Positions 11,978 to 26,950 of a stretch of DNA of 64,000 nucleotides are shown one piece after another. The stretch is taken from NCBI RefSeq assembly GCF_006345805.1, contig NC_043016.1, positions 17,112,001 to 17,176,000 on the forward strand. Direction: 5' to 3'. The translations under genes were made by a program, and so were the position numbers. The notes beneath the pieces were generated by a model, which did not search any database, was not told where the DNA came from, and was given only the letters and a program-made list of their open reading frames with translations. Each line of letters begins with the position of its first letter. Positions within the stretch are counted from its first letter, which is position 1. This DNA is from Octopus sinensis. Taxonomy: Eukaryota.

Positions 11978-12954
11978 TGACCCTTGATAGACTCAGATGT
12001 GTCCGTTTTAGCAACCAACGTATTTAAAAACACAGTTACTTGTGTATATGTAAATATAAACTTGTTTAATGCATTTGTGCGCGTGCCTGTGTGTAATGTG
12101 TTGAAACAAACAAAACAAAATATCCGTCTGTTAGCTTAAACGATATTTCGATACGATTACTTTAAACTAGAAGCTAAAAAACATTATTCCTAATTTAGAC
12201 TATTACTTATGATAGATCGAAATGTCATTAACAGTTTTTAATCACTTAAGAAATTTATTATTAGCCACCAAGTTGCTTATACTTATAGAAATTAATCTAG
12301 AAATTATAGTTAAATGATAATTTTTTTTTAAACCATAGTTACGTGTATGTAATATTTTCATTACGTATTTGTGCGTAAATTAAAATCATTTAACCTTTAT
12401 ATAATGCAGTTACCCGTAAATAAAAATATGGACATAAGTAAATTTTTATCATCTATTTTATATTTTAATATAAATATGATCTCTACTAAGAATTACTTAA
12501 CCTTTATAGTTATAATTATTAGTATAATAATCCTAAGATACCACCTTTTACACTGTATTTAATGGAGGGTAGTTTATCTTGTCTTCAGAATAACCCACTA
12601 AAACTATTAGACAATAAGGAATCGAAATCGCTTACAAATTACCTGAATATTACGTCATCGATATTTGTGCACAATACATTTGTTTCCATAATACTGTGAA
12701 TAGATATGCATGAGCTTAATTAAGGTAAGCGACAGCGTTAACTGATCAAACTTAATGGAATTAATAAAGATTAGAACCATTATTTAATTGATACGTAATA
12801 TCATTAAATTAAGACTACCAATTATGTTAAAGATATATTAATCACAGATTCCTAAAATACGTACTTAAATCCTTTCGCCTTTTATAAAATACATTTATCA
12901 GTAACTAAAACCTTATGTTCATATTTACCAATATCTTATATAATATATATACAA

Positions 12955-13360
12955 TAGGCGCAGGAGTGGCTGTGTGGTAAGTAGCTTGCTAACCAACCAC
13001 ATGGTTCCGGGTTCAGTCCCACTGTGTGGCATCTTGGGCAAGTGTCTTCTGCTATAGCCCCGGGCCGACCAATGCCTTGTGAGTGGATTTGGTAGACGGA
13101 AACTGAAAGAAGCCTGTCGTATATATGTATATATATATATGTGTGTGTTTGTGTGTCTGTATTTGTCCCCCTAGCATCGCTTGACAACCGATGCTGGTGT
13201 GTTTACGTCCCCGTCACTTAGCGGTTCGGCAAAAAAGAGACCGATAGAATAAGTACTGGGCTTGCAAAGAATAAGTCCCGGGGTCGAGTTGCTCGATTAA
13301 AGGCGGTGCTCCAGCATGGCCGCAGTCAAATGACTGAAACAAGTAAAAGAGAGAAAGAGA
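12955..13360 (+). mobile_element. SINE type A, full-length monomer
   Basis: AGGCGCAGGAGTGGCTGTGTGG head through GAAACAAGTAAAAGAG tail. Confidence 0.93.
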
Positions 13361-13640
13361 ATATATATAATATATATATACATAATAGATAGATAATAAT
13401 ATATAATATAATATATATAATATATATATATATTATATATATATTAATATATATAATATATATACATGATATATATATAATATATATAACAGAATAATAT
13501 AATATATATACATGATATATATATATACATAATAGATAGATATATAATATTATATATATATAATATATATAATATTTCACGTTCCCGTTCGTTCACCTTG
13601 TTCCCACATTTATGTGCTTACTTTGGTATATATGTATGTA

Positions 13641-13684
<44 letters not shown>

Positions 13685-13891
13685 TATATATATATATATT
13701 ATAATATATATATATATATAAATTATATATATATATATATGTGTGTTGTAAATATACATATATATATAATTATATATTTGATACATAAATTATATATATA
13801 TAAATTGTAAATATACATATATATATATTTATATGAGATATATAATCTATATATATATGAGATATATGAGTTACATATATATATATATATA
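13361..13891. repeat. (TA)n-rich low-complexity tracts
   Basis: Direct reading. Confidence 0.9.
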
Positions 13892-14130
13892 CGAGGAGTG
13901 TATGAAAAGTCTTGAGCCGCAAAACAACAAAACATGGTATAAGACTTCTGATGATTTATTTTTCCACATAGCCACCCTCGATGACTGAACACTTTCTCTA
14001 GCGGTGCTGAAGTGCCATTATCCCGGCGTAGAGGAACTCTTTTGTTTGAAACTCCAAGAAACATCCTACAGTGTTTGTGACGTCCATTGTCACTGGCAAA
14101 ATGCCGACGCTCACCTGTCTCCTAGTGAAA
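13892..14130 (-). mobile_element. mariner-type transposon 3' end fragment
   Basis: TA|CGAGGAGTGTATGAAAAGTCTTGAGCC terminus. Minus strand reads EFLYAGIMALQHR*RKCSVIEGGYVEK, a mariner transposase C-terminus. Confidence 0.7.
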
Positions 14131-14289
14131 ATCAAAATCCTGGTCCCCAAAACACAGAAATACGAAGGTAAAAAGCCCAACTTAAGGGTAGAAAGAGCTC
14201 TGCATTCTTGGTTGACAATCTTACTAACCTTAAAATACAAACCTCATTGTTGAGTGAAAATGTCTTATATATATGTATAAAATAACGGT

Positions 14290-17455
<3,166 letters not shown>

Positions 17456-18055
17456 GATAGTTCGTAATTAACCTTTGCATTTCAATATTTCTCCTTCATG
17501 AAATCTTCGAGAAAATGGTGCTATCAGCAAACAACATTTTTCCAAAGATTTCCTAAAGAAGGTGTCCTAGCTCTAAAATATTGAAATTCCAGATTAAACA
17601 ATCCAGTTGTATTATTTTTATAACTTCCTTTGTTTTGGCTTTATAACTAAAAAAAACAAACATTTATGCTAATGAGAATACTTAATTGCAATAAACATCG
17701 ATGGGCGAAGATATTGTTGCTTTGATTCGAACTAATAAATATCACACAGAACAAGTTGTGTGAACGCTTGTTATTCATGTAAGTAAACGGATGTTATCCT
17801 GTGAACCCTAAAAGTTTTCAAGTGTATAACTGACCTCACAAATAAACACTTCATAGATCTAACCATTCTTCAATTTTTTTTTCTCTCAATAAGTTACTTT
17901 AATTTGCTTAACGCGCGAATACACAATGGCGTTGAATTCACATGAAAGTAATTAGTGAAATTAATACGAAATTGACTATGAATTAAATATATTGGAAACA
18001 GAAGTATCAAATTATCGTTTTTTAGTATTTTTATAGGGCACTTAAGGACCACCTG

Positions 18056-18202
18056 GAGGAGAAGAAGAAGAAGAAGAAGAAGAAGAAAAAGAAGTAGAAG
18101 AAGAAGAAGAAGAAGAAGAAGAAGAAGAAGAGAAGAAGAAGAAGAAGAAGAAGAAGAGGAGGAGGAGGAGGAGGAGGAGGACTACGACGACGACGACGAC
18201 AG
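18056..18202. repeat. (AAG)n(AGG)n(ACG)n compound trinucleotide repeat
   Basis: Direct reading. Confidence 0.95.
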
Positions 18203-19271
18203 CAAGAGTGTATATACAATATAATAGAAAGCTGGTTGAAGATCCCGCTGTCTATGGGAGATTAGGGCTCCCAGAGCTCTGGCCGCATTCGGTTTCACTG
18301 CCACTACTTTGGATAAAGTTAGAAAAACTGAAAAATTCCATGCCACTTCTTTCCAAGGAAGGGATTGGATTGTAGAACTTATATTACTGTTGTTGTTGAT
18401 GTTCGCATTGCTGACGCTGTAGTTATTGTTTCGATTCCTGTTTTGGCAGATTTGTTTCTCAAGTGTTTGACTGGTTGGCGAAGAGCTGCAGGAAATAGCT
18501 GCATCCAGAGACTTTGCAGGCCTCCCAAGAGTGGTGAGATGGATATAGTGGAATATTTCTCTTGGATAGTTGAAAGTCGACTGTTGCAAGAAAAACATGA
18601 AGAGAAAGGGAATTCTAGGAAGAAGGACTGAGGTTGGTGTGGAAACTCGGAGGATTCAGTGGTACTCAAAACATGTGGGACTAAAGGAGGATTGATGAGT
18701 ATTTCAAGAGCGCTGAAGTGGAAGTGGCATGAGGCTAAGCAGTTCTTATAAGCAGATTCATGTCGACCACTGTAACAGTCGGGGTGAAAAACAAATATCT
18801 GTAGGCCCGAGGCTGGTACGATATCACTCTGCAGCGGTGAGGCATTTGTACGTCAGTGTTCTTTGATGCGTGTCGTTTGGAGAGATATGTCACTGCATGG
18901 CACAGTATCGCCTTTGTATTTCTTGACAGCCTCTTTGGCTCTCTCCGTGAACAAACGCTTGTTCTGTTGACTTGCAGCAATGATAAAACACCGTCTTCTG
19001 GGCAGTCAAGCTTGCAGATGAATCGTGATTGTCAGTGAAGTTGATGCAATTTCTGCTGGTGCTGGTATAATGGTCATTTTTCTTGTTTCCTGGTTGCGGT
19101 ACTGCTGCTGCTGCTGCTGCTACTGCTGGCATGTGCAATACACCCTTGGTCTTGCAGTAACATATCAGACTGACTGTAACACCAATGCTGTTTTTCGTAA
19201 CCATGGCAGCCAAAATATGGCTTCATTCATTTTCTTTCCGTTCTTCCTCGCTTCCTCTCTTCTTCGCTTAC

Positions 19272-19404
19272 CTGTTATGCAAAATTATTAGAACTTTTTC
19301 GGTGAAATCCATATTTTTTTATAAATAATGATGACAATTTTTCACCTCAACAAAATATCGAACACGGGCCGAAACACAGCAAGTGTCCACTGTGTCCACC
19401 TGGT
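19272..19404 (-). other. Candidate exon (mostly non-coding, possible ATG at 19312)
   Basis: Strong acceptor TTTCTTGTCTGTTTTGTCACAG and consensus donor CAG|GTAAGC. All three frames contain a stop; one reopens at AAAAATATGG (MDFTEKVLIILHN). Confidence 0.3.
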
Positions 19405-19534
19405 CTGTGACAAAACAGACAAGAAACAATCATTTAAAATTTTAAAAATTGGTGAAGCTTTCTGACACAAAATTCTCTTCTGATCAAAGCGAGTGCAGTG
19501 ATATTAATGCCTAACACAAAGTACTCGGTCCAAA

Positions 19535-19790
19535 TTTAGCGGAGAGGTTAGTCGATTATATTGACCCCCCAATACTCGATTGGTACCATATTTTTATCGA
19601 ATACAGAGGAATGAAAGGCAAAGTTGACATCGGTGGAGTTTGAACTCACAGCATAAAAAGCCGGAAGAAATATCGCAAAGCATTTAGTCCGGCACGTTAA
19701 TGATTCTGCTGTAACACCCTCTGATTTTGCTGCAACACCCTCTGGTTCTGTTGCAACACCCTCTAGTTCTGCTGCAATACCGCCCTCATC
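19535..19790 (-). mobile_element. SINE type B, decayed, with a 21-bp x4 minisatellite at its head
   Basis: Reverse complement of GAGTTCAAACTCCACCGATGTCAACTTTGCCTTTCATTCC; repeat CTGCTGCAACACCCTCT(G/A)GTT. Confidence 0.7.
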
Positions 19791-20276
19791 GCTCTGACAA
19801 TAATTGTCTCTAATATCAACCACAAGACATGAAATCTTGGGCGGTGGGAAAATAGCTGGTGATACCGATCTCGTTATTTGACTGTTACTTTGATTTATCG
19901 ACCCAAGAGAGATGCAATGCAATGTAGTAATAATAATAATATCAAAAATAAACATTGTAGTCAAATACATAAGCAAAACCCTAAGACTTACATAATTAGT
20001 AGATAGCATCAGTTCTACTAAACACTACACAAATAATACGCAGCAAACTTTCTTTCAATACAATAGGAAATACAAAACCCGAAACAAAACAAAATTGTAT
20101 CCAATTCACACAGAGTTGTACTTTTACTATTCGATAAAAGTACTCAATTAAAATGTAACTACTGAAAAATAATATTACTTTCCGACTGTGCAAAGTAGAA
20201 CGTCATGATTAAGTTGTGTTTTCTGTAATTCAAACCTTTTCTTTTAATCTATCTTTTAATAAGAATGTCACTCAAG

Positions 20277-20445
20277 ACGGCAAACTGACAAAATTGTTTT
20301 CGCGCCAGGCAAAACGCTTAGCGACATTTCGCCCGCCTCTACGTTCTGAGTTCAAAGTCCGCTGATGTCGACTTTGCCTTTCATCCTTTTAGAGTACTGG
20401 GGTCGATGTAATTATTGGCCTTGTGCCAACATTTGAAACCAACAT
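20277..20445 (+). mobile_element. SINE type B, decayed, internal deletion
   Basis: ACGTTCTGAGTTCAAAGTCCGCTGATGTCGACTTTGCCTTTCATCC...GGCCTTGTGCCAACATTTGAAACC. Confidence 0.7.
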
Positions 20446-20529
20446 GTATGTAACTTTAAAGGAGTTTCTTTTTAAGTCAAAATAATTTTGTTAATGTGGT
20501 TGTAATTGATATTGTTTGATTTTCTATGG

Positions 20530-20544
20530 TTGCTGTTGTTTATT

Positions 20545-20597
<53 letters not shown>

Positions 20598-20713
20598 CTT
20601 GTTGTTGTTGTTGTTGTTCTTCTTCTTCTTCTTCTTCTTCTTCTTCTTCTTCGCCTCCTTCTCCTTCTTCTTCTTCTTCTTCTTCTTCTTCTTCTTCTTC
20701 TTCTCTTCTTCTT

Positions 20714-20745
<32 letters not shown>
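20530..20745. repeat. (TTG)n(TTC)n microsatellite
   Basis: Direct reading. Confidence 0.95.
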
Positions 20746-20746
<1 letters not shown>

Positions 20747-20825
20747 GCTGCATTTATTATTTAGTCTCAGATCAATGCTGATCAAACAAATTTATGATCG
20801 AATTTCTTCCATCCATGGCAACCCT

Positions 20826-21039
20826 GTTTAGTTACTCTCTTTTACGTTTTTACTTGTTTTAATCATTTGACTGCGGACATGCTGGAGCACCTCTTTTAGT
20901 CGAAGAAATTGACCCCAGGACTTATTTTTTGTAAACCTAGTACTTATTCCATCGGTCTCTTTTGCCGAACCGCTCAGTTGCGGGGACGTAAACACACCAG
21001 CATCGGTTGTCAAGCGATGTTGGGGGGACAAACACATAT

Positions 21040-21108
<69 letters not shown>

Positions 21109-21266
21109 CATACGACGGGTTTCTTTCAGTTTCCGTCTACCAAATCTACTCACAAGGCTTTGGTCGGCCCGAGGCTATAGTAGATGACACTTGCCCAAGG
21201 TGCCACGCAGTGGGACTGAACCGGAACCATGTGGTTGGTAAGCAAGCTACTTACCACACAGCCACA
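20826..21266 (-). mobile_element. SINE type A monomer
   Basis: Tail TTACTCTCTTTTAC through head fragment CCACACAGCCAC. Confidence 0.9.
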
Positions 21267-21708
21267 TAAATACACTGACTGATATATCCTTCTTTATCCA
21301 CGGCTGTTGAATGTTATTTTAGTGATATATTCGGCTATTTCTGGTAGATAAAGCGACCTCCGTCGTTTGCTGAAGGCCATGCTGATAAAAGTTATAGATC
21401 ATTAATAACGGATGTATGATGTTAGCAGAAAAAATTCTATAAAGAATGTTAATTAATTAGCTGTTCGTGATCTTAAAAGAAAATTAATGTCATTATTCCT
21501 TGGGAAATTGTTCCAGCAATTCTATGATAAGGAACTGTTGAAGCTCTATCGCCGTTGAATCAGTTCTGCGACGAATATGTTCTCACTGCTGAGAACGATG
21601 ACAAAGTGAATGTCCTCTCACAGACATCTTTAACGATTTCAATCTAATTCATTAAGTTATGAATACAACCTTATCAGACAATTACCAATATCTTGTAGCA
21701 GTAAGTAA

Positions 21709-21931
21709 GGCGTCGAGCTGGCAGAACCGTTGGCGAGTCGGACTGAATGCTTAGCGGCATTTCTTCCGGCGCTTCCGGTTCCGAGTTTATATTCCACCGG
21801 AGTCGACTTTGCCTTTCGTCATTTCAAGGTCGACAAAAAATAAAATACCAGTTGAGCACTGGGGTCGATGCAGTCGACTTACTCCCACCCCCAAAAATTG
21901 CTGGCTTTGTGTCAAAACTTGAAATCAATAT
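21709..21931 (+). mobile_element. SINE type B with the alternative tail ...GGCTTTGTGTCAAAACTTGAAATCAATA, followed by (TAG)n
   Basis: GAGCTGGCAGAACCGTT head, GTCGACTTTGCCTTTC core. Confidence 0.8.
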
Positions 21932-21932
21932 C

Positions 21933-21974
<42 letters not shown>

Positions 21975-22187
21975 AGATGGGGATTGTGATGGTGCAAGTT
22001 TCACACCGTCATCAATTGAAATCAATGCTTGGAAGACCAAAGTTTGTCCCATGTCCGAGTTGCTATTTCACTCGCTTCCCACATTGCCATAGCTGACCAC
22101 CATAGCATATCATCGTCTGATAACATTTCACACTTATTCCACTCACAATTCTTCAACTAATCCTTACTGTCAATAACCTCTCTCTTC

Positions 22188-22254
22188 CACCATCTCTCTC
22201 TCTCTTTCTCCCCCTCTCTCTCTTTCTCCCCCTCTCTCTCTCTTTCTCTCTCTT

Positions 22255-22334
<80 letters not shown>
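22188..22334. repeat. (TC)n(TATC)n microsatellite
   Basis: Direct reading. Confidence 0.95.
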
Positions 22335-22530
22335 GCTCAACATATTCTCCAAGTGGTCGATATTCGCATAAAACTCTTTAACCATTTTTCTCGAGGAAAT
22401 TCCCACCACCATCAACTTAATGTAAATACACAACTGTTCCCCCACCTCCCTCCCTACGCACAAATAAATTTTCTATGTATCGATCAATAACTTTCACTGA
22501 TAGCTTTTCGAAGATGGATATCATTTACCT

Positions 22531-22837
22531 CCGCGTGGCTTAGTGGTTCGTGTAATCGGCTCCCGATCGTAAGGTCCTGAGTTCGATTCCCGGCGGTGGG
22601 AAGACACTCTATTTCACGTTGTTCCTCTCCACTCAGCTGGCAAAAATGAGTCGTATCTATAATTCAAAAAGGGGCCAGCCTTGTCACACTCTGTCTCACG
22701 CTGAATCTCCCCGAGAACTACGTTAGGGGTAAACGTGTCTATGGAGCACTCAGCCGATTGCAGGTTAATTTCACGAGCACGCTGTTCCGTTGATCGGATC
22801 AACTGGAACCCTGGTCGTCGTAACCGACGGAATGCCA
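22531..22837 (+). mobile_element. SINE type E (tRNA head, type-C-like middle, E tail)
   Basis: A-box TGGCTTAGTGG, B-box GAGTTCGATTCC; tail GTTGATCGGATCAACTGGAACCCTGGTCGTCGTAACCGACGGAATGCCA. Confidence 0.8.
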
Positions 22838-23279
22838 ATTGATTCTGTTTCGTTCTGTGAGCGATCGTGGTTACAGCATCAGCAGAACCAGATCTCATGG
22901 ATGCTATTTTTTTACCGACATCACATATCAATAACTTATCTACTTTAATCGAATTGGCGACGGCTCTGAAGTTCTCTTTGTTATCAATAAATGGCTCCAT
23001 CAAGTTTGATTGGTAAAGAATTACCAAATACGGTTGGCCTCTTCTTGTCCCAATCTACTCAATAATTGCCCGCGTCGACGGCGTTCACTTCGACACTCAC
23101 ACCATCATTGATTTATATTAATGTACGTTAATGAACCATTGAAGGTAACTTTTAGATGCATACACTTCTAGAAAGTGAGTGGTTTTTAGCCACAAAAAGC
23201 TCCTACACACAACATTCCAGCTCCCATCGACATCAACAAAAGATTCCGGCCCTATACTGGTCATCATACAAACGCAAAT

Positions 23280-23560
23280 TGGGTCGGCCAATTCTTTGTG
23301 AGTGGATTTGGTAGACGGAAGTTGTGTGTGTGTGCGCGCGCATGCGTGTGTGCGTATGTATGTGCGTATCACCACCGCTTGACAACCGGTGTTTGATCTC
23401 CTCTCCCAAATTTAGCGATCGGCAAAACAAACCAACAGAAAAAGTACCAGATTTTGAAAATAAGTACTGAGATTGATTTATTCGATTAAACCACTCAATG
23501 CGATGCTCCAACATGACTGCAACCCAGTGACTGGGACAAGATAAAGAGAAAAAAGATAAA
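23280..23560 (+). mobile_element. SINE type A variant, 5'-truncated
   Basis: GTGAGTGGATTTGGTAGACGGAA...CCGCTTGACAACCGG...GCTCCAACATGACTGCA. Confidence 0.75.
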
Positions 23561-23689
23561 AAGGGACTATAGCTTTTAAGCAACTGACCCTGAATGGGAA
23601 GATCTGCAAACAGATCTCTGACTTGCTTTATAGAATTTGTTGCAATTGCTTCCTCCAGAGTCATATCCCAATCATGATCATAGTCGTCG

Positions 23690-24075
23690 CAAAAAATCAA
23701 GTAAAAAATATCGCAAAAACCAATCGCAGAAATGAAAAGATAGGAATCCAAAATTTCAGGATTGCAGATCCAGATTCGACCCGGAATGTTTTTAATGTAC
23801 TCACGGAGTTAGACTTTAAATTATAAAAATTGTTATTGTACTAAAAAACTTGTTAAAAAAGTCACGTAAAATATCGCCGGAAACAATCACACTAATGAAA
23901 ACTTGGGAATCCAGAATTTCAGGATTGTGGGTCCGGATTCAGCCCGGAATGTTTTAATATACTCATGGAGTCAGCCCGATTCCAAAATGGTATGGTATGT
24001 TGAGCTACGGCCTCTAGGAGTAAAATTTTAAAAGTGTGACACACTGACACACTGACATTCACATTTATTATATAA
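23690..24075. mobile_element. Putative non-autonomous Helitron/Helentron-like element
   Basis: Internal about 60-bp direct repeat (GGAATCCA.AATTTCAGGATTG...CCGGAATGTTTT); end AAGTGTGACACACTGACACAC...TTTATTATATA, shared with 25018-25082. The superfamily is my inference. Confidence 0.35.
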
Positions 24076-24102
24076 TATTATATTATTACATTGTATTAAG
24101 TC

Positions 24103-24310
24103 GGCGAGCTGGCAGAATCGTTAGCACGCCGGGCGAAATGCTTAGCGGTATTTCGTTCACGATTAGGTTTTGAGTTCGAATTCCGCCGATGTTGACTTTT
24201 CCTTTTGTCCTTTTGGGGTCGATAAATTAAGTACCAGTTGCGTACTGGGGTGGATCTAATCGACTGGACCCTCCCCCAAAATTTCGGGCTTTGTGCCTAG
24301 AGTAGAAAAG
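24103..24310 (+). mobile_element. SINE type B with a third tail variant (...GGGCTTTGTGCCTAGAGTAGAAAAG)
   Basis: Type B head and core. Confidence 0.85.
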
Positions 24311-24433
24311 TATGTTAGATATGTTTAATTTTGAGGAAACTTTATTACAATTAAAATGTATTTGATATAATATGTGTGTATGTGTATTAAAGAAAGCAAA
24401 AAATAAAACAAACATAATAGTGCTCAGCATGTT

Positions 24434-24721
24434 TGTTTTTTCTTTTGCCTTTTTCAAGCCTAGCCAGGCTCATGGGCCCGGTTTCCCGGTTTCTGTGGCG
24501 TATGTCTTCCCCTCAGCCAGTCCATCACAGCGTTACTCAAGAAACAGGAAGAGAAAGTGAGAGAAAGTTGTGGTGAAAGAGTATAACAGGGGTCGCCCCC
24601 CACTCCCGCCGGAGCTTCGTGGAGCTTTTAGGTGTTTTCACTCGATAAATACACAAAACGCCCGATCTGGGAATCGAAACCGCGAGTCCACTGCCCTAAC
24701 TACTGGGCCATTACGCCTCCA
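24434..24721 (-). mobile_element. SINE type D with 13-bp TSD
   Basis: Head GGAGGCGTAATGGCCCAGTAGTTAGGG..GGTTTCGATTCCC; TSD TGCTCAGCATGTT at 24421-24433 and 24722-24734; A-rich tail. Confidence 0.85.
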
Positions 24722-25350
24722 TGCTCAGCATGTTGGCGACAGGAATTTCTGTTATCTCCCTCTTTCTCTCACATATCCACTCCTTCTCTCTCTTTTATTC
24801 CAACTGCCGCCATCAACACTACTACCTTTAATAAAACATCATCAACTCTCCCTAAATTTCTTTGTTTCTCTTCCTCTCCTCTTTTTCTTTCTTTCTGGCC
24901 CCCTCTCTCTCTCTCTCTGTCTTCGCTACCGCCGTCACCACCTCTATGCCTTCTATTACTCTTACCCCATCATAAGGAATAGTAGGAGTGTCATTGAATA
25001 GTGAGAGAGGGGGGGTCTAAGTGTGACACACTGACACACAAAAATTAGTTTTTGCATTTGTCATATTTTATATATATATAAAGGATTCTGGAGAGAATCG
25101 GGTACTTAAATGACATGCACCCGGTTGGGTTGATTTAAGCAGCAAGTACCACCTTTAGTCGAATCAATATACTGGGTGCTGAAGTAATCCAGTGAGATGT
25201 TTAGGCTGTGCAGAGAAAATCCACCGCTACCAGTATTTAACACCCAGGGACTGCTCCAAATCGTGCGTTGTGTAGATTATACGGTGTTTGGTATACTCTA
25301 GGAAGTCCGGTCGGTCATGAATCCCCTTGTGTGTGTGTGTGCGTGTGTAG

Positions 25351-25717
25351 TGGAGGCCCAGTGGTTAGGGAGTAGACTCGTAGGATCGCAGTTTCGATTC
25401 CCAGACCGGGCGTTGTGAGTGTTTATTGAGCGAAAACACCTAAAAGCTCCACGAGGCTCCGGCGGGGATGGTGGTGATCCCTGCTGTAGTCTTTCGCCCC
25501 AACTTTCTATCACTCTTTCTTCCTGTTTCTGTTCCACCTGTATTTCAAAGGGCCAGCCTTGTCACACTCTGTATTACACTGAATCTCCCCCCAAGAACTA
25601 CGTTAAGGGTACATGTGTCTGCGGAATGCTCAGCCACTTGCATGTTAATTTCACGAGCAGGCTGTTCCGTTGATCGGATCAACCGGAACCCTCGTCGTCG
25701 TAACGGACGGAGTGCCA
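25351..25717 (+). mobile_element. Chimeric SINE: type D head/body with type E tail
   Basis: 5' part matches 24434-24721; 3' part from GGGCCAGCCTTGTCACACTCTG matches about 22672-22837. Confidence 0.85.
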
Positions 25718-25731
25718 CGTATATGTGTACG

Positions 25732-25771
<40 letters not shown>

Positions 25772-26159
25772 TGTGTGTGTGTGTGTGTGTGCGCGTGTGT
25801 GTGTGTGTGTGTGCGTGTGTGTGTGTATGTGTGTGTGATTTTGTCCCCCACTACCGCAGTCTAATGACTGAAACAAGTAAAAGATATAAGATAAAAGATC
25901 AAAGATTTTTTTTTAAATACCCCCCAGCATGTTCCAGACACGCTGAAGACAAAAATGCCAGTGTCAGAGGAAGAACAGCTTCGAACGTGCTGGCGTCACA
26001 GACAACATCCCAGAACGCTACGACGACATCTTACACTAACGCAGGCTATCCGTCAGCGCGCGAATATATGAAACGAACCTACGCAAAACCTGCAAAACGG
26101 CTTCAAGCCGATGCGCTGGGATGCACACCACCAACTATAAGAGTATGAACACCCCGGCA

Positions 26160-26174
26160 TGTGCGTACGTGTGC

Positions 26175-26228
<54 letters not shown>

Positions 26229-26259
26229 TGCGTGTGTGTGCGTATGTGTGCGTGTGTGT

Positions 26260-26292
<33 letters not shown>

Positions 26293-26535
26293 GTGTGTGT
26301 GTGTGTGTGTGTGTGTGGTGTTGTGTGTGTGTGTGTGTGTGTGTGTGGTGCGCGCGTGTGTCGGACCACCGCTTGGCAACCAGTTTTAGTTTGTTTATGC
26401 TTCCATAACTTAGCGGTTCAGCAAAAAGGACCGACAGAATAAGTTCTAGGGTCGAATTGTTCGACTAAGCCTTTCAAGGCGATGTCCCAGCACGGCCGCA
26501 GTTCAATGACTGAAACATGTAAAATAAAACATAAA
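26160..26535 (+). mobile_element. (GT)n tract plus 3' half of a SINE-A variant
   Basis: CCACCGCTTGGCAACC...TTAGCGGTTCAGCAAAAAGGACCGACAGAATAAG...GACTGAAACA. Confidence 0.75.
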
Positions 26536-26692
26536 AGAAAGAAAAAGAACAAAAGTTTTATCGCAGTCTCTTCTTGTTGACTTCATCTCCAGAATTTGTG
26601 AACAAATATATATAAGTCGAAACAATTACTTGGCCTTTTATGGTTTTTATAATTATCTATGTTATAAAATATTATGTTATAATTATATTCAT

Positions 26693-26950
26693 AGTAGCGT
26701 GGAAGGTGTTTGTAAGCCATTTAAGAAACACACTTCAACATTTAAGTTTAATTTGTCAAAATATTTTCGGCGCTTTAAGACCGCGACCTGTTCACTGACA
26801 AAAATCCGTGCTGCACCTCGGATTTTTGTCAGTGAACAGGTCGCGGATTTTAGCGACGAAAATATTTTGACAAATTAAACTTAAATGTTGAAGTGAATCG
26901 AACGGCTTTTGTGTGTTTCTTAAATGGCTTACAAACACATTCCACGCTGC
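26693..26950. mobile_element. About 258-bp near-perfect palindrome, MITE-like
   Basis: G(T/C)AGCGTGGAA.GTGTTTGTAAGCCATTTAAGAAACACAC arms; the right arm has an about 18-bp insertion; centre AAAAATCCG..CGGATTTTT. Confidence 0.85.

Noticed and set aside
11698-12033. ORFs spanning the N gap
   Set aside because: Artefacts of translating N.
12050-12935. Very AT-rich block resembling a mitochondrial insertion
   Set aside because: No mitochondrial gene, rRNA or tRNA motif that I can recognise.
25468-26148. 226-aa ORF
   Set aside because: A mosaic of SINE tail, (GT)n and unrelated sequence.
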